A stretch of 64,000 nt of DNA from Parcubacteria group bacterium Gr01-1014_30 (GTDB lineage Bacteria; Patescibacteriota; Minisyncoccia; Minisyncoccales; 2-12-FULL-40-12): assembly GCA_007376185.1 (NCBI GenBank), contig VMFS01000002.1, positions 2,198 through 66,197 of the forward strand, in the 5' to 3' direction. The position numbers and the translations under genes are program-made. Position 1 is the stretch's first letter. The number at the start of each line of letters is the position of its first letter. A model generated the notes under the pieces. The model ran no database searches, was not told the DNA's origin, and was given only the letters and a program-made list of their open reading frames with translations. This document shows positions 9,684 to 16,940 of this stretch, one piece after another.

Positions 9684-9780
9684 TGTCAGGCAGCGCGGCC
9701 AAATGGCCGGCTGACAAAAGGTTCTCAAATGGGAACTCGCTCGTGATGCCAAATGGCATACGGGTCGCCAAAATGGCGCC
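9684..9780 (+). other. array of four short hairpins sharing a CCAAAUGG core (candidate 3'UTR element or small RNA)
   Basis: GGCCAAATGGCC (9697-9708, enclosed by TGTCAG/CTGACA), GTTCTCAAATGGGAAC (9721-9736), ATGCCAAATGGCAT (9746-9759) and CGCCAAAATGGCG (9766-9778). The outer stem pairs differ between copies but stay complementary. Confidence 0.4.
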
Positions 9781-9860
9781 TGAAACAGATAAAAGGATTA
9801 GAGCCGAAAAAAGCTGAAAAAAGCAGTAGTTTGGGAGAGGAGAGATCCATATTGTGTAAG

Positions 9861-10136
9861 GCCGCGTACTTTTGTACAGCGGCTTTATTTGTTATATAAT
9901 AGCCCTTGACAAGTATTCACATAGAGTGCTATAATAGTATATTGCACTTTTACAAAATTATAATTTTTATCTCCTGCTGATTGAGTATGGCTCTTAGAAA
10001 TTCCCCCGACCCCTGGCTTAAGACACCTTCGGTTTCTAAAGTGTTGACTTTTTGCACTGCGGAGGCATATTCTGTCAGCAGGAGATGACTCTCTATGCTG
10101 TAAGGCCGGCATGGCGCCGGCCTGGAAGGAGGAACC
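9861..10136 (+). promoter_or_regulatory. island regulatory module, copy 1: terminator, consensus promoter, palindrome over the -10, structured leader, SD
   Basis: Terminator hairpin GCCGCGTAC-TTTT-GTACAGCGGC plus a T-rich run (9861-9892). TTGACA 9906-9911, 18 nt, TATAAT 9930-9935. AGTGC...GCACT palindrome spanning the -10. A 10-bp stem CTCCTGCTGA (9971-9980) / TCAGCAGGAG (10075-10084). Hairpin GGCCGGCATGGCGCCGGCC, then AAGGAGG and the ATG at 10137. Paralogous to 11359-11561. Confidence 0.6.
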
Positions 10137-11294
10137 ATGCGAAGGTCACGGATAGCGTTGTTCTTTACGCTTACGGCACTCGTTGCTGTGAGCAACCCTG
10201 CGCCAATCGCGGCGCAGACTCAGCCGTCTTACACGGTTCAGCAGGGCGACACGCTCTACGAGCTGGTGGGGATTTACAGCTCCGATCAGCCTGAGATGCG
10301 CGCTCTTGTCATCCTCAATCCGTTCCTTGCGGAGGAAGGAAGGATGTTTAGGGACAAGCAAGGACGTTTTATCGTCCGCATCAGACCCGACGAGATCATT
10401 GAAGGAATTGAACGGCTCAACCTCGCTGTGGAGCCGGTTCCGATCACCGAGCTCTCGCCCACGCCGACACCTTTGTCGGCTGCGGAGGAGCAAGGGGAGG
10501 CCCTCGTCGCCGAAACCGAAGCCGGCTTCAACTGGCTTTGGCTGCTTTACGCGCTTGGCGGACTCGTCGCGCTCTATTTGATTCTCCGGAATTTGCTCGA
10601 GTCGCGGCGGCCGAACCTGCCCTTACTCAGGCAGTTTAACCCCGCGCTTACGGCGAACCCGGTGACTGCCGCGCCGCCGATGCGGCGGGGCGGCATCCTT
10701 TACACCGACCACTTGAGTATCCGGCGCCAACTTGTGGAGCAGGCGGCGCGTCGCCATACGGAGGTCCACGGCTTTATGCCGAGCTTGGATGACATCCGGA
10801 TCGTGGGCGACATAACCCGCGGGCGTCTCTACGACGTTTGGGAAACGCGTGACGCGAACGGTCGCTGGACACCACGACGTTACAACGGCGAGCCGGGGTA
10901 CCAAGCCATGGTGTCTGTGAACGACGGTGAGCCAGGGCTCACCACGTTTTCACAGGGTTGTGCGAACGATCTGCGTTTGGGTGCTCGCTACCGCGGCGGG
11001 CGCTTCGTGCCAGACACGGAGGTTCAGCCCATTCCGGCCGAACCGCCCGAACCGGCACCCACGCGTTCAACGCCCTTCGCGGTGCCCATGACGGCGCGCG
11101 CGACGAGCGAGCAGGTACTCGCCGTTATCGGTGGCTTGAGGATTATGCTTCCGGCCGGCTCCATAATCCGCACCGGAGACGACGGTGAGATTACTCTCAC
11201 CGTGACCGGTCCCTGTGACATCAGGATTGGTCAATGGGCCAAGAAAACGGCGCGGCCAAAGGTGGTTCGCGCCGCGAGTGGCGAGACTCAGTAG
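10137..11294 (+). CDS. island ORF3: signal peptide, LysM domain, TM helix, ~230-aa unknown cytoplasmic domain
   Basis: Signal MRRSRIALFFTLTALVAVSNPAPIAAQ. LysM-like YTVQQGDTLYELVGIY. TM helix WLWLLYALGGLVALYLIL. SD AAGGAGG. About 60% GC. Confidence 0.7.
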   Translation: MRRSRIALFFTLTALVAVSNPAPIAAQTQPSYTVQQGDTLYELVGIYSSDQPEMRALVILNPFLAEEGRMFRDKQGRFIVRIRPDEIIEGIERLNLAVEPVPITELSPTPTPLSAAEEQGEALVAETEAGFNWLWLLYALGGLVALYLILRNLLESRRPNLPLLRQFNPALTANPVTAAPPMRRGGILYTDHLSIRRQLVEQAARRHTEVHGFMPSLDDIRIVGDITRGRLYDVWETRDANGRWTPRRYNGEPGYQAMVSVNDGEPGLTTFSQGCANDLRLGARYRGGRFVPDTEVQPIPAEPPEPAPTRSTPFAVPMTARATSEQVLAVIGGLRIMLPAGSIIRTGDDGEITLTVTGPCDIRIGQWAKKTARPKVVRAASGETQ

Positions 11295-11310
11295 AGAGTA
11301 TTTGTTACAA

Positions 11311-11344
11311 GGAGGCAGCGAAGAGATAATTCTTCGCTGCCTCC
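11311..11344 (+). terminator. 14-bp perfect hairpin after island ORF3 (no U-run)
   Basis: GGAGGCAGCGAAGAG-ATAATT-CTTCGCTGCCTCC. Confidence 0.4.
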
Positions 11345-11358
11345 AACCTCAAACTATG

Positions 11359-11561
11359 ACCGCGTATTTCAGCGGTTTTTTGTTGGGCTAGCTATTGACA
11401 AATACTGGCATATAGTGCAGTAATAATATACTGCACTTTTACAATATTATAGTTCTTACCTCCTGCTGATTGAGTTTGGTTCTTGAAGAGGCAGATTCTG
11501 TCAGCAGGAGATGACTCTCTGCGAATAGGTCGGCATAGTGCCGGCCTACCAAGGAGGAACC
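11359..11561 (+). promoter_or_regulatory. island regulatory module, copy 2
   Basis: Terminator ACCGC-GTATTTCA-GCGGT plus TTTTTTG (11359-11382). TTGACA 11395-11400. Perfect palindrome AGTGCAGTA-N6-TACTGCACT over the -10 region. Stem CTCCTGCTGA (11460-11469) / TCAGCAGGAG (11501-11510). Hairpin GGTCGGCATAGTGCCGGCC, then AAGGAGG and the ATG at 11562. Confidence 0.6.
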
Positions 11562-12038
11562 ATGCCGACAGAAGAAGAGCGCGTAGTCAAGTGGATTATT
11601 ATTCTGTCAGTGATCGCGTTGATTGCATCGCTTGTGCTCGGGTGCTGGGTGGATGATATCTCGGCGCAGACTACGTCTGCGCAGGCTCTACAGATTGGCA
11701 TTGAGGGTCAGCTGCAGGATTTAGAGTCATACGGTTTTGGCAAGTCGACCTCAGGCTCTCAGAATTGCGGGAAGTACTTTCTTTACTACCCGCCTCCGCC
11801 GTCCGGCGATAAGGTTGGCTTACTTTTACTCGTTTCCATTTCAGGCGAAGGAAGCAATAGGCGTGTATCTGTGGTTCCGTGGGGAACGGACAAGTTCCGG
11901 ATTCGTGTGGTGCGAGGGCTCATAGTACCGACACTAAAGCTTTTGCGGATGGGTGGTCAAGTCTATCCTTGGGCGGAGATTTCGATCTCACCTGAGGACC
12001 TAAAGTTGGCCCCCTGCCTGTCGGCTGTGAACCGCTGA
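11562..12038 (+). CDS. island ORF4: small N-terminally anchored exported hypothetical protein
   Basis: ATG 7 nt after AAGGAGG (internal to ORF 11538..12038). TM helix WIIILSVIALIASLVLGCW. No recognisable domain. Confidence 0.6.
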   Translation: MPTEEERVVKWIIILSVIALIASLVLGCWVDDISAQTTSAQALQIGIEGQLQDLESYGFGKSTSGSQNCGKYFLYYPPPPSGDKVGLLLLVSISGEGSNRRVSVVPWGTDKFRIRVVRGLIVPTLKLLRMGGQVYPWAEISISPEDLKLAPCLSAVNR

Positions 12039-12067
12039 AGCGGTAATGGGGAGTTTGTTTACAAGAG

Positions 12068-12089
12068 GGCGTGCAACATTTTGCGCGCC
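12068..12089 (+). terminator. hairpin terminator at the right edge of the island
   Basis: GGCGTGCAA-CATT-TTGCGCGCC followed by TTAATT. Preceded by GAGTTTGTTTACAAGAGGG, which resembles the GAGTATTTGTTACAAGGAGG found after ORF3. Confidence 0.45.
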
Positions 12090-12132
12090 TTAATTATTGA
12101 TATTTTTAAGGAAAGTAGTAGAATAAATAATC

Positions 12133-13515
12133 ATGCAGCGAGTTTTAAATAGTGAGACGCAACAACTTATAGATCAAAAAGTCAAGGTTGCTGGCTGGGT
12201 TAATTCAAGAAGAGACCACGGGAAACTTGTCTTTTTGGACCTTAGAGACCGTTCGGGAATCTTGCAGGTTGTTTGTTCCTCGGAGTTGGCTAAAGACGTT
12301 AAAGACGAGTTTGTTTTGGAGGTGGAAGGAGTCGTTCAGGAGAGGCCGAAAGCAATGATAAACCCGGCTTTGAAAACAGGGGAGATAGAGCTGAAAGCCG
12401 AAAAAGTTAGCGTTTTGGCAAAAGCCGATTCCTTGCCCTTTGATTTGAAGGAATTAAACTTATCTCTGCCCACGCTTTTGGACTGGCGGCCTTTAACTTT
12501 ACGAAATCCTAAAGTCAAAGCAATTTTTAAGGTTCAAGAGCAGGTTGTGGAAAGTTTCAGGCGAGCTCTGAAAGAAATGGATTTTACGGAATTCCAGCCG
12601 CCGACAATAGTTGCTTCGGCCACAGAAGGGGGAGCCGAACTTTTTCCAATTCAATACTATAAATACAAGGCGTATTTGGCTCAAAGCCCTCAGCTTTACA
12701 AGCAAATTTTAGTTGGCGTTTTTGAAAGAGTCTTCGCCGTAACCAAAGCGTATAGAGCAGAACCCAGTGTTACCACGCGCCACATTTCAGAATACATCAG
12801 TTTGGACGCCGAGATGGGTTTTATAAATGCGTGGGAAGAGCTAATGGACACCTGTGCAATTGTAGTAAAAAAAATTTTCTACGACCTCCAAAAAAGTTGT
12901 CAGGAAGAACTGAAAATGTTTAACGTTGATTTACGTGAGGTCGGCGAAAACATACCTCGTTTGAAAATAAGCCAAGCCCAGCGGATTATTTTTGAGAGAA
13001 CGGGCAGAGATAACACAAATGTGCCCGATTTAACTCCTGAAGATGAGAGAGAGATTTGTCAATTCGCAAAAGAAAAGCACGAATCCGAGCTTATTTTTAT
13101 CACACATTTTCCGACAAAAAAGCGGCCTTTTTACACTCAACCGGATCCTGATGGTTCTGACTATACTTTAAGCTTTGATTTGTTGTTCCGCGGGGTAGAG
13201 ATAGTAACAGGAGGTCAACGGATACACGAGTACGAAAAATTATTGAAAAACATAAAAAAATTCGGTTTTTCGCAAGGCGCATTCAAGTTTTATCTGCAAG
13301 CATTTCAATACGGCATGCCGCCAGAAGGCGGATTTTGCATGGGAGCTGAAAGAATGACAAAGCAGATTTTAGGTCTGGAAAACGTAAAAGAAGCAGGGCT
13401 GTTTCCACGTGACATGGAAAGAATTGACCAGAGATTGTCAGCATCCTTGCAAAAAGAAACAAAGAAACCACGCGCCAAAAGGCGCGTTCTCAAAAGACGC
13501 AAGAAGAAAAAATAG
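12133..13515 (+). CDS. aspS: aspartyl-tRNA synthetase (short archaeal/type-2 form) with polybasic C-terminal tail
   Basis: OB-fold N-terminus GKLVFLDLRDRSGILQVV. Class II motifs YRAEPSVTTRHISEY, GGQRIHEYE and MPPEGGFCMGAERM. Tail KKPRAKRRVLKRRKKKK. Confidence 0.85.
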   Translation: MQRVLNSETQQLIDQKVKVAGWVNSRRDHGKLVFLDLRDRSGILQVVCSSELAKDVKDEFVLEVEGVVQERPKAMINPALKTGEIELKAEKVSVLAKADSLPFDLKELNLSLPTLLDWRPLTLRNPKVKAIFKVQEQVVESFRRALKEMDFTEFQPPTIVASATEGGAELFPIQYYKYKAYLAQSPQLYKQILVGVFERVFAVTKAYRAEPSVTTRHISEYISLDAEMGFINAWEELMDTCAIVVKKIFYDLQKSCQEELKMFNVDLREVGENIPRLKISQAQRIIFERTGRDNTNVPDLTPEDEREICQFAKEKHESELIFITHFPTKKRPFYTQPDPDGSDYTLSFDLLFRGVEIVTGGQRIHEYEKLLKNIKKFGFSQGAFKFYLQAFQYGMPPEGGFCMGAERMTKQILGLENVKEAGLFPRDMERIDQRLSASLQKETKKPRAKRRVLKRRKKKK

Positions 13516-13520
13516 CCGCT

Positions 13521-14399
13521 ATGAATGAAAACTTAAAAGTTTTTTTCGCCGCCTTTTTGGTTAGTTTGCCCTTTTGGTGGGGCGCGAATTTAGCGCAGGA
13601 AAATCTGGAGGATTTTTTGTTTTGGAGCAGAATGGCAGATAGTCCCGAACTGCTTTTGGCCCAGGCGGCTCAGGAAGAAAGTTTGGCCAAGCAAAAGCCG
13701 ATTAGAAACAGGCAGGTTGAGGAGCCGTTTTTTGAAGCCGAGTCGGTTATTTCGGTTTTTGTTGACAAAGAGGGTCAAGACCGAGTGCTTTTTGCAAAAA
13801 ACATAGACAGACCGTTACCTTTAGCTTCCATAACTAAACTGATGACGGCTTTGGTTGTTCTTGAGTATTACGATTTAGAATCCTCAGAGACGGCTCGGCT
13901 TCTTTATAGTATGTTGATCGCTTCAGACAACGACGCGGCTGGAGACCTGGCCGAGATAGTCGGAAAGGACGCCTTTTTGGAATTGATGAACTACGAAGCG
14001 CAAAAGCTCGGTCTTTCAAATACTCATTTTTTTAATCCAAGCGGGCTGGACTTAGAGAGTGAAAAGAGCCCTGAACTTTCCGACAAAATAAATTATTCCA
14101 CTACCGAAGATTTGGTAAAACTGGCGAGATACATCAGTGAAGAACATCCGCTGGTTTGGGAAATTTCAAGTATCACGGCATTTGAAGGGAGTGTGACAAC
14201 AAACGAGCTTTTGCAGGAATTTCCAAAGATAATCGGCGGCAAAACAGGCAAAACCGACAGAGCTAAAGAGTGCCTTTTGCTGGTTTTGAAACCGAAAGTT
14301 GGTCGAGGTCAGGTTGTCAATGTAATCCTGAGTTCAAACGATAGATTCGGTGATATGCGAAAGTTAGTTGAATGGGTTAATTCCGCCTACCGGTGGTAA
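13521..14399 (+). CDS. D-alanyl-D-alanine carboxypeptidase (S11, PBP5-like)
   Basis: SITK (SxxK), SDN (SxN) and KTGKT (KTG) motifs. N-terminal signal or anchor. Confidence 0.8.
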   Translation: MNENLKVFFAAFLVSLPFWWGANLAQENLEDFLFWSRMADSPELLLAQAAQEESLAKQKPIRNRQVEEPFFEAESVISVFVDKEGQDRVLFAKNIDRPLPLASITKLMTALVVLEYYDLESSETARLLYSMLIASDNDAAGDLAEIVGKDAFLELMNYEAQKLGLSNTHFFNPSGLDLESEKSPELSDKINYSTTEDLVKLARYISEEHPLVWEISSITAFEGSVTTNELLQEFPKIIGGKTGKTDRAKECLLLVLKPKVGRGQVVNVILSSNDRFGDMRKLVEWVNSAYRW

Positions 14400-14408
14400 T
14401 AATATAAT

Positions 14409-15539
14409 ATGCCCGGGCAAGTTATAACGCTCTTCACTTTCAACTTAACAAAAGTTCTTTTGCTGTCGGCGTTGGCGGCCGCTATAGCTTTCGGATTGAC
14501 CCCTTTCTTAATCGCTCTCTTGAATAAAGCGGAGTTTTGGAAAAAAAACGCACGATCAAAAACCATTACCGGCCAGGAAGCGAAAGTTATTTACTCATTG
14601 CACAAAGACAGAGAGGTTTCCTTGCCCCGGGGCGGGGGAGTGGTAATTTGGTTGACGGTTTTGATTGTCGTTCTAATTTTCTGGGCACTTTCTTTTGCGG
14701 ACAAACCCTGGTGGCTGAAAATGTTTAATTTTTTGTCTAGAGGAGAAACCTGGTTGCCTCTCTTCACGCTTGCCGCTGCATCCCTTATTGGTCTTTTTGA
14801 CGATGCGCTTGTCGTTTTTGGCAATGGAGCCACTCAACTATTAAGCCGGCTTTGGAGAGGGAAAGAATATATAGCTGGCGGACTCCCCTTTACAGCGCGC
14901 CTTTTGGTGGTGTCAGCTATTGGGCTTGTGGGCGGCTGGTGGTTTTGGGCAAAGCTCGGCTGGACCTCAGTTCATATCCCGCTGATTTTTAACTTTCCTT
15001 ACGGTATTGATCTGACGCTCGGAATTTGGATGATACCTCTCTTTATATTCGTGATGGTAGCTTCTTGGTCAAGCGGAGTTGTTGACGGTTTGGATGGTTT
15101 AGCGGGTGGCATTTTTTCGTCAATTTTCGGGGCATTTGCCGTAATCGCTTTTTCGCAAGGAAAAATAGAATTAGCCGCCTTTTGTGCAGCTGTGTTCGGG
15201 GCGCTTTTCGCTTTTTTGTGGTTCAACATTCCTCCGGCGCGTTTTTATATGGGGGAAACAGGTATTCTTGGACTGACTTCCACTATGGCGGTTGTTGCCT
15301 TTCTTACAGATTCTGTTGCGGTTTTGCCTATAATTGCCGGACCTTTAGTCGTTGAAGTCGGCTCAATCATTTTGCAGTTAACTTCCAAGAAGTTTCGCGG
15401 CAAAAAAATATGGTTAGCTACCCCAATACACCACCACTTTGAAGCAAAAGGCCTGCCTTCTTACCAAATTGTGATGCGTTTTTGGATAGTAGGGATAGTG
15501 TTTGCCATAATTGGAACGGCCATACGCTTGTTAGGCTAA
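14409..15539 (+). CDS. mraY: phospho-N-acetylmuramoyl-pentapeptide transferase
   Basis: Polytopic membrane protein. FDDALVVFG, VDGLDGLAGG and PIHHHFE motifs. Confidence 0.9.
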   Translation: MPGQVITLFTFNLTKVLLLSALAAAIAFGLTPFLIALLNKAEFWKKNARSKTITGQEAKVIYSLHKDREVSLPRGGGVVIWLTVLIVVLIFWALSFADKPWWLKMFNFLSRGETWLPLFTLAAASLIGLFDDALVVFGNGATQLLSRLWRGKEYIAGGLPFTARLLVVSAIGLVGGWWFWAKLGWTSVHIPLIFNFPYGIDLTLGIWMIPLFIFVMVASWSSGVVDGLDGLAGGIFSSIFGAFAVIAFSQGKIELAAFCAAVFGALFAFLWFNIPPARFYMGETGILGLTSTMAVVAFLTDSVAVLPIIAGPLVVEVGSIILQLTSKKFRGKKIWLATPIHHHFEAKGLPSYQIVMRFWIVGIVFAIIGTAIRLLG

Positions 15540-15546
15540 ATTCAAA

Positions 15547-16833
15547 ATGCAAAGTGAAAATTCAAAGTTAAAAAATTTCCGCAAAAAGTATCAAAAGTTC
15601 ATTTACAACAATTATTCTTATAGAATTTTGCACAGTAATTTAGAAGTTTTTTTTGATTTTAAAGTTGAACCGGATATTAAGTTCAAGCCAAAAATAGTTA
15701 TAAAAAATGTCAGCAAATCTAGCTTAAAAAGAGTAGGGGAGAGCGCTTTTGAAAACTTAGTATTTCATTTAGGTTTGGTGGAAATCCCCAGCTACTGGAA
15801 AGCAACTTGCTCGCCAATTATTGAAATAAGGGCTGGTTACGTGAATAGGGAGCAGATAAGCTTTTGGAAAGATTTACTAATGAAGGGAATGGGCCAGTTC
15901 TTTTACGAAAACAAAATTGACTTCACTGCACCTGATTTTTTAACAATTAAGAGTGAAGTTCGCCAACTTAACTCTGAAAAACTCAATGAAACGCGGCCTT
16001 TCCGCGTTTCACTAAAAAACAAGGTTTTGGTGCCTGTGGGGGGAGGGAAGGATTCAGTAGTCACCTTAGAGCAGTTAAAGAAGAGGGGAGAAAAAATTGG
16101 TCTTTTTTTGGTAAATCCCAAAAGAGCGGCGCAAGACATAGCAAGGATGTCGGGAATAAAGGACCCTATTATTGTTAGGCGGAAAATTGACCCAGCCCTT
16201 TTAGAATTGAACAAAAAAGGGTTTTTGAATGGGCATACGCCTTTCACGGCGCTTTTGTCTTTTTATAGCTGCTTCGCGGCTGTTTTGTTTGGCTACAAAA
16301 ACATCGCCTTTGCCAACGAGAAATCAGCAGATGAGGGGAACTTGCGCTACCTTGGCACCAAGATTAACCACCAGTGGTCAAAGTCGTCTGAGTTTGAGAG
16401 AAAATTCAGGAAATACTTGAAAAATTACTTGGTCAAAAACATAAACTATTTCAGCTTTTTGCGAAAATACACGGAGCTCGAGATTGCCAAAATGTTTACA
16501 AAGTATCCGCAGTACTTTTCTGTTTTTTCCAGCTGCAATCGCGCCGAGAAGTGGTGTGGTTCTTGCCCCAAATGTTTATTTATATATGCGGTTTTGTACC
16601 CTTACTTGGGGAGTAAAACTCTCTTGAAGATTTTTGGGAAAAATGTCTTTAATAATAAAAAGTTATTCTCAACAATGAAAAGTTTAATAGGGCAGGGGAG
16701 TCATAAACCTTTTGAGTGCGTGGGAACTTTTGCAGAGAACAAGAAAGCATTTGAATTGTGTTTGGAAAAAGCCAAAAGAGAAGGAAGGTTTCCTTATTTA
16801 CTAGAGTGCTACAATGAAATTAGGCGAACTTAA
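15547..16833 (+). CDS. PP-loop (adenine nucleotide alpha-hydrolase-like) protein with Cys cluster; candidate MurL-type UDP-MurNAc-L-Ala-L-Glu epimerase
   Basis: VPVGGGKDSVVT (SGGxDS-like PP-loop). C-terminal CNRAEKWCGSCPKC. Lies between mraY and murD. 428 aa. Confidence 0.4.
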   Translation: MQSENSKLKNFRKKYQKFIYNNYSYRILHSNLEVFFDFKVEPDIKFKPKIVIKNVSKSSLKRVGESAFENLVFHLGLVEIPSYWKATCSPIIEIRAGYVNREQISFWKDLLMKGMGQFFYENKIDFTAPDFLTIKSEVRQLNSEKLNETRPFRVSLKNKVLVPVGGGKDSVVTLEQLKKRGEKIGLFLVNPKRAAQDIARMSGIKDPIIVRRKIDPALLELNKKGFLNGHTPFTALLSFYSCFAAVLFGYKNIAFANEKSADEGNLRYLGTKINHQWSKSSEFERKFRKYLKNYLVKNINYFSFLRKYTELEIAKMFTKYPQYFSVFSSCNRAEKWCGSCPKCLFIYAVLYPYLGSKTLLKIFGKNVFNNKKLFSTMKSLIGQGSHKPFECVGTFAENKKAFELCLEKAKREGRFPYLLECYNEIRRT

Positions 16834-16940
16834 AAATAAAAACCCCGCACCAAATTTTGCGCGAATAATCAAAGCGACGACCTCTCCACAGGAAAGACCT
16901 ATTCGGCCTCGGTCGTCGCGATTAGTTAAAAAATATATTT

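Noticed and set aside
10085-10294. Upstream ORF starting at the conserved ATGACTCTCT of the island leaders (a leader peptide?)
   Set aside because: Copy 2 encodes only MTLCE-stop, while copy 1 runs on out of frame into ORF3. No conserved peptide results, and the AGGAG lies directly against the ATG.
8205-11221. Long antisense and off-frame ORFs within the GC-rich island (for example 8831..9262, 8205..8582, 10146..10493, 10623..10904)
   Set aside because: These are typical stop-codon-poor shadow frames of high-GC coding sequence. They have no SD sites and overlap better-supported plus-strand genes.
8012-12106. Direct repeats flanking the island (ATTGACATTTAAA near 8017 versus ATTGATATTTTTAA near 12093) as att sites
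   Set aside because: The match is only about 11 of 13 positions in AT-rich promoter-like sequence. That is too weak to distinguish from chance.
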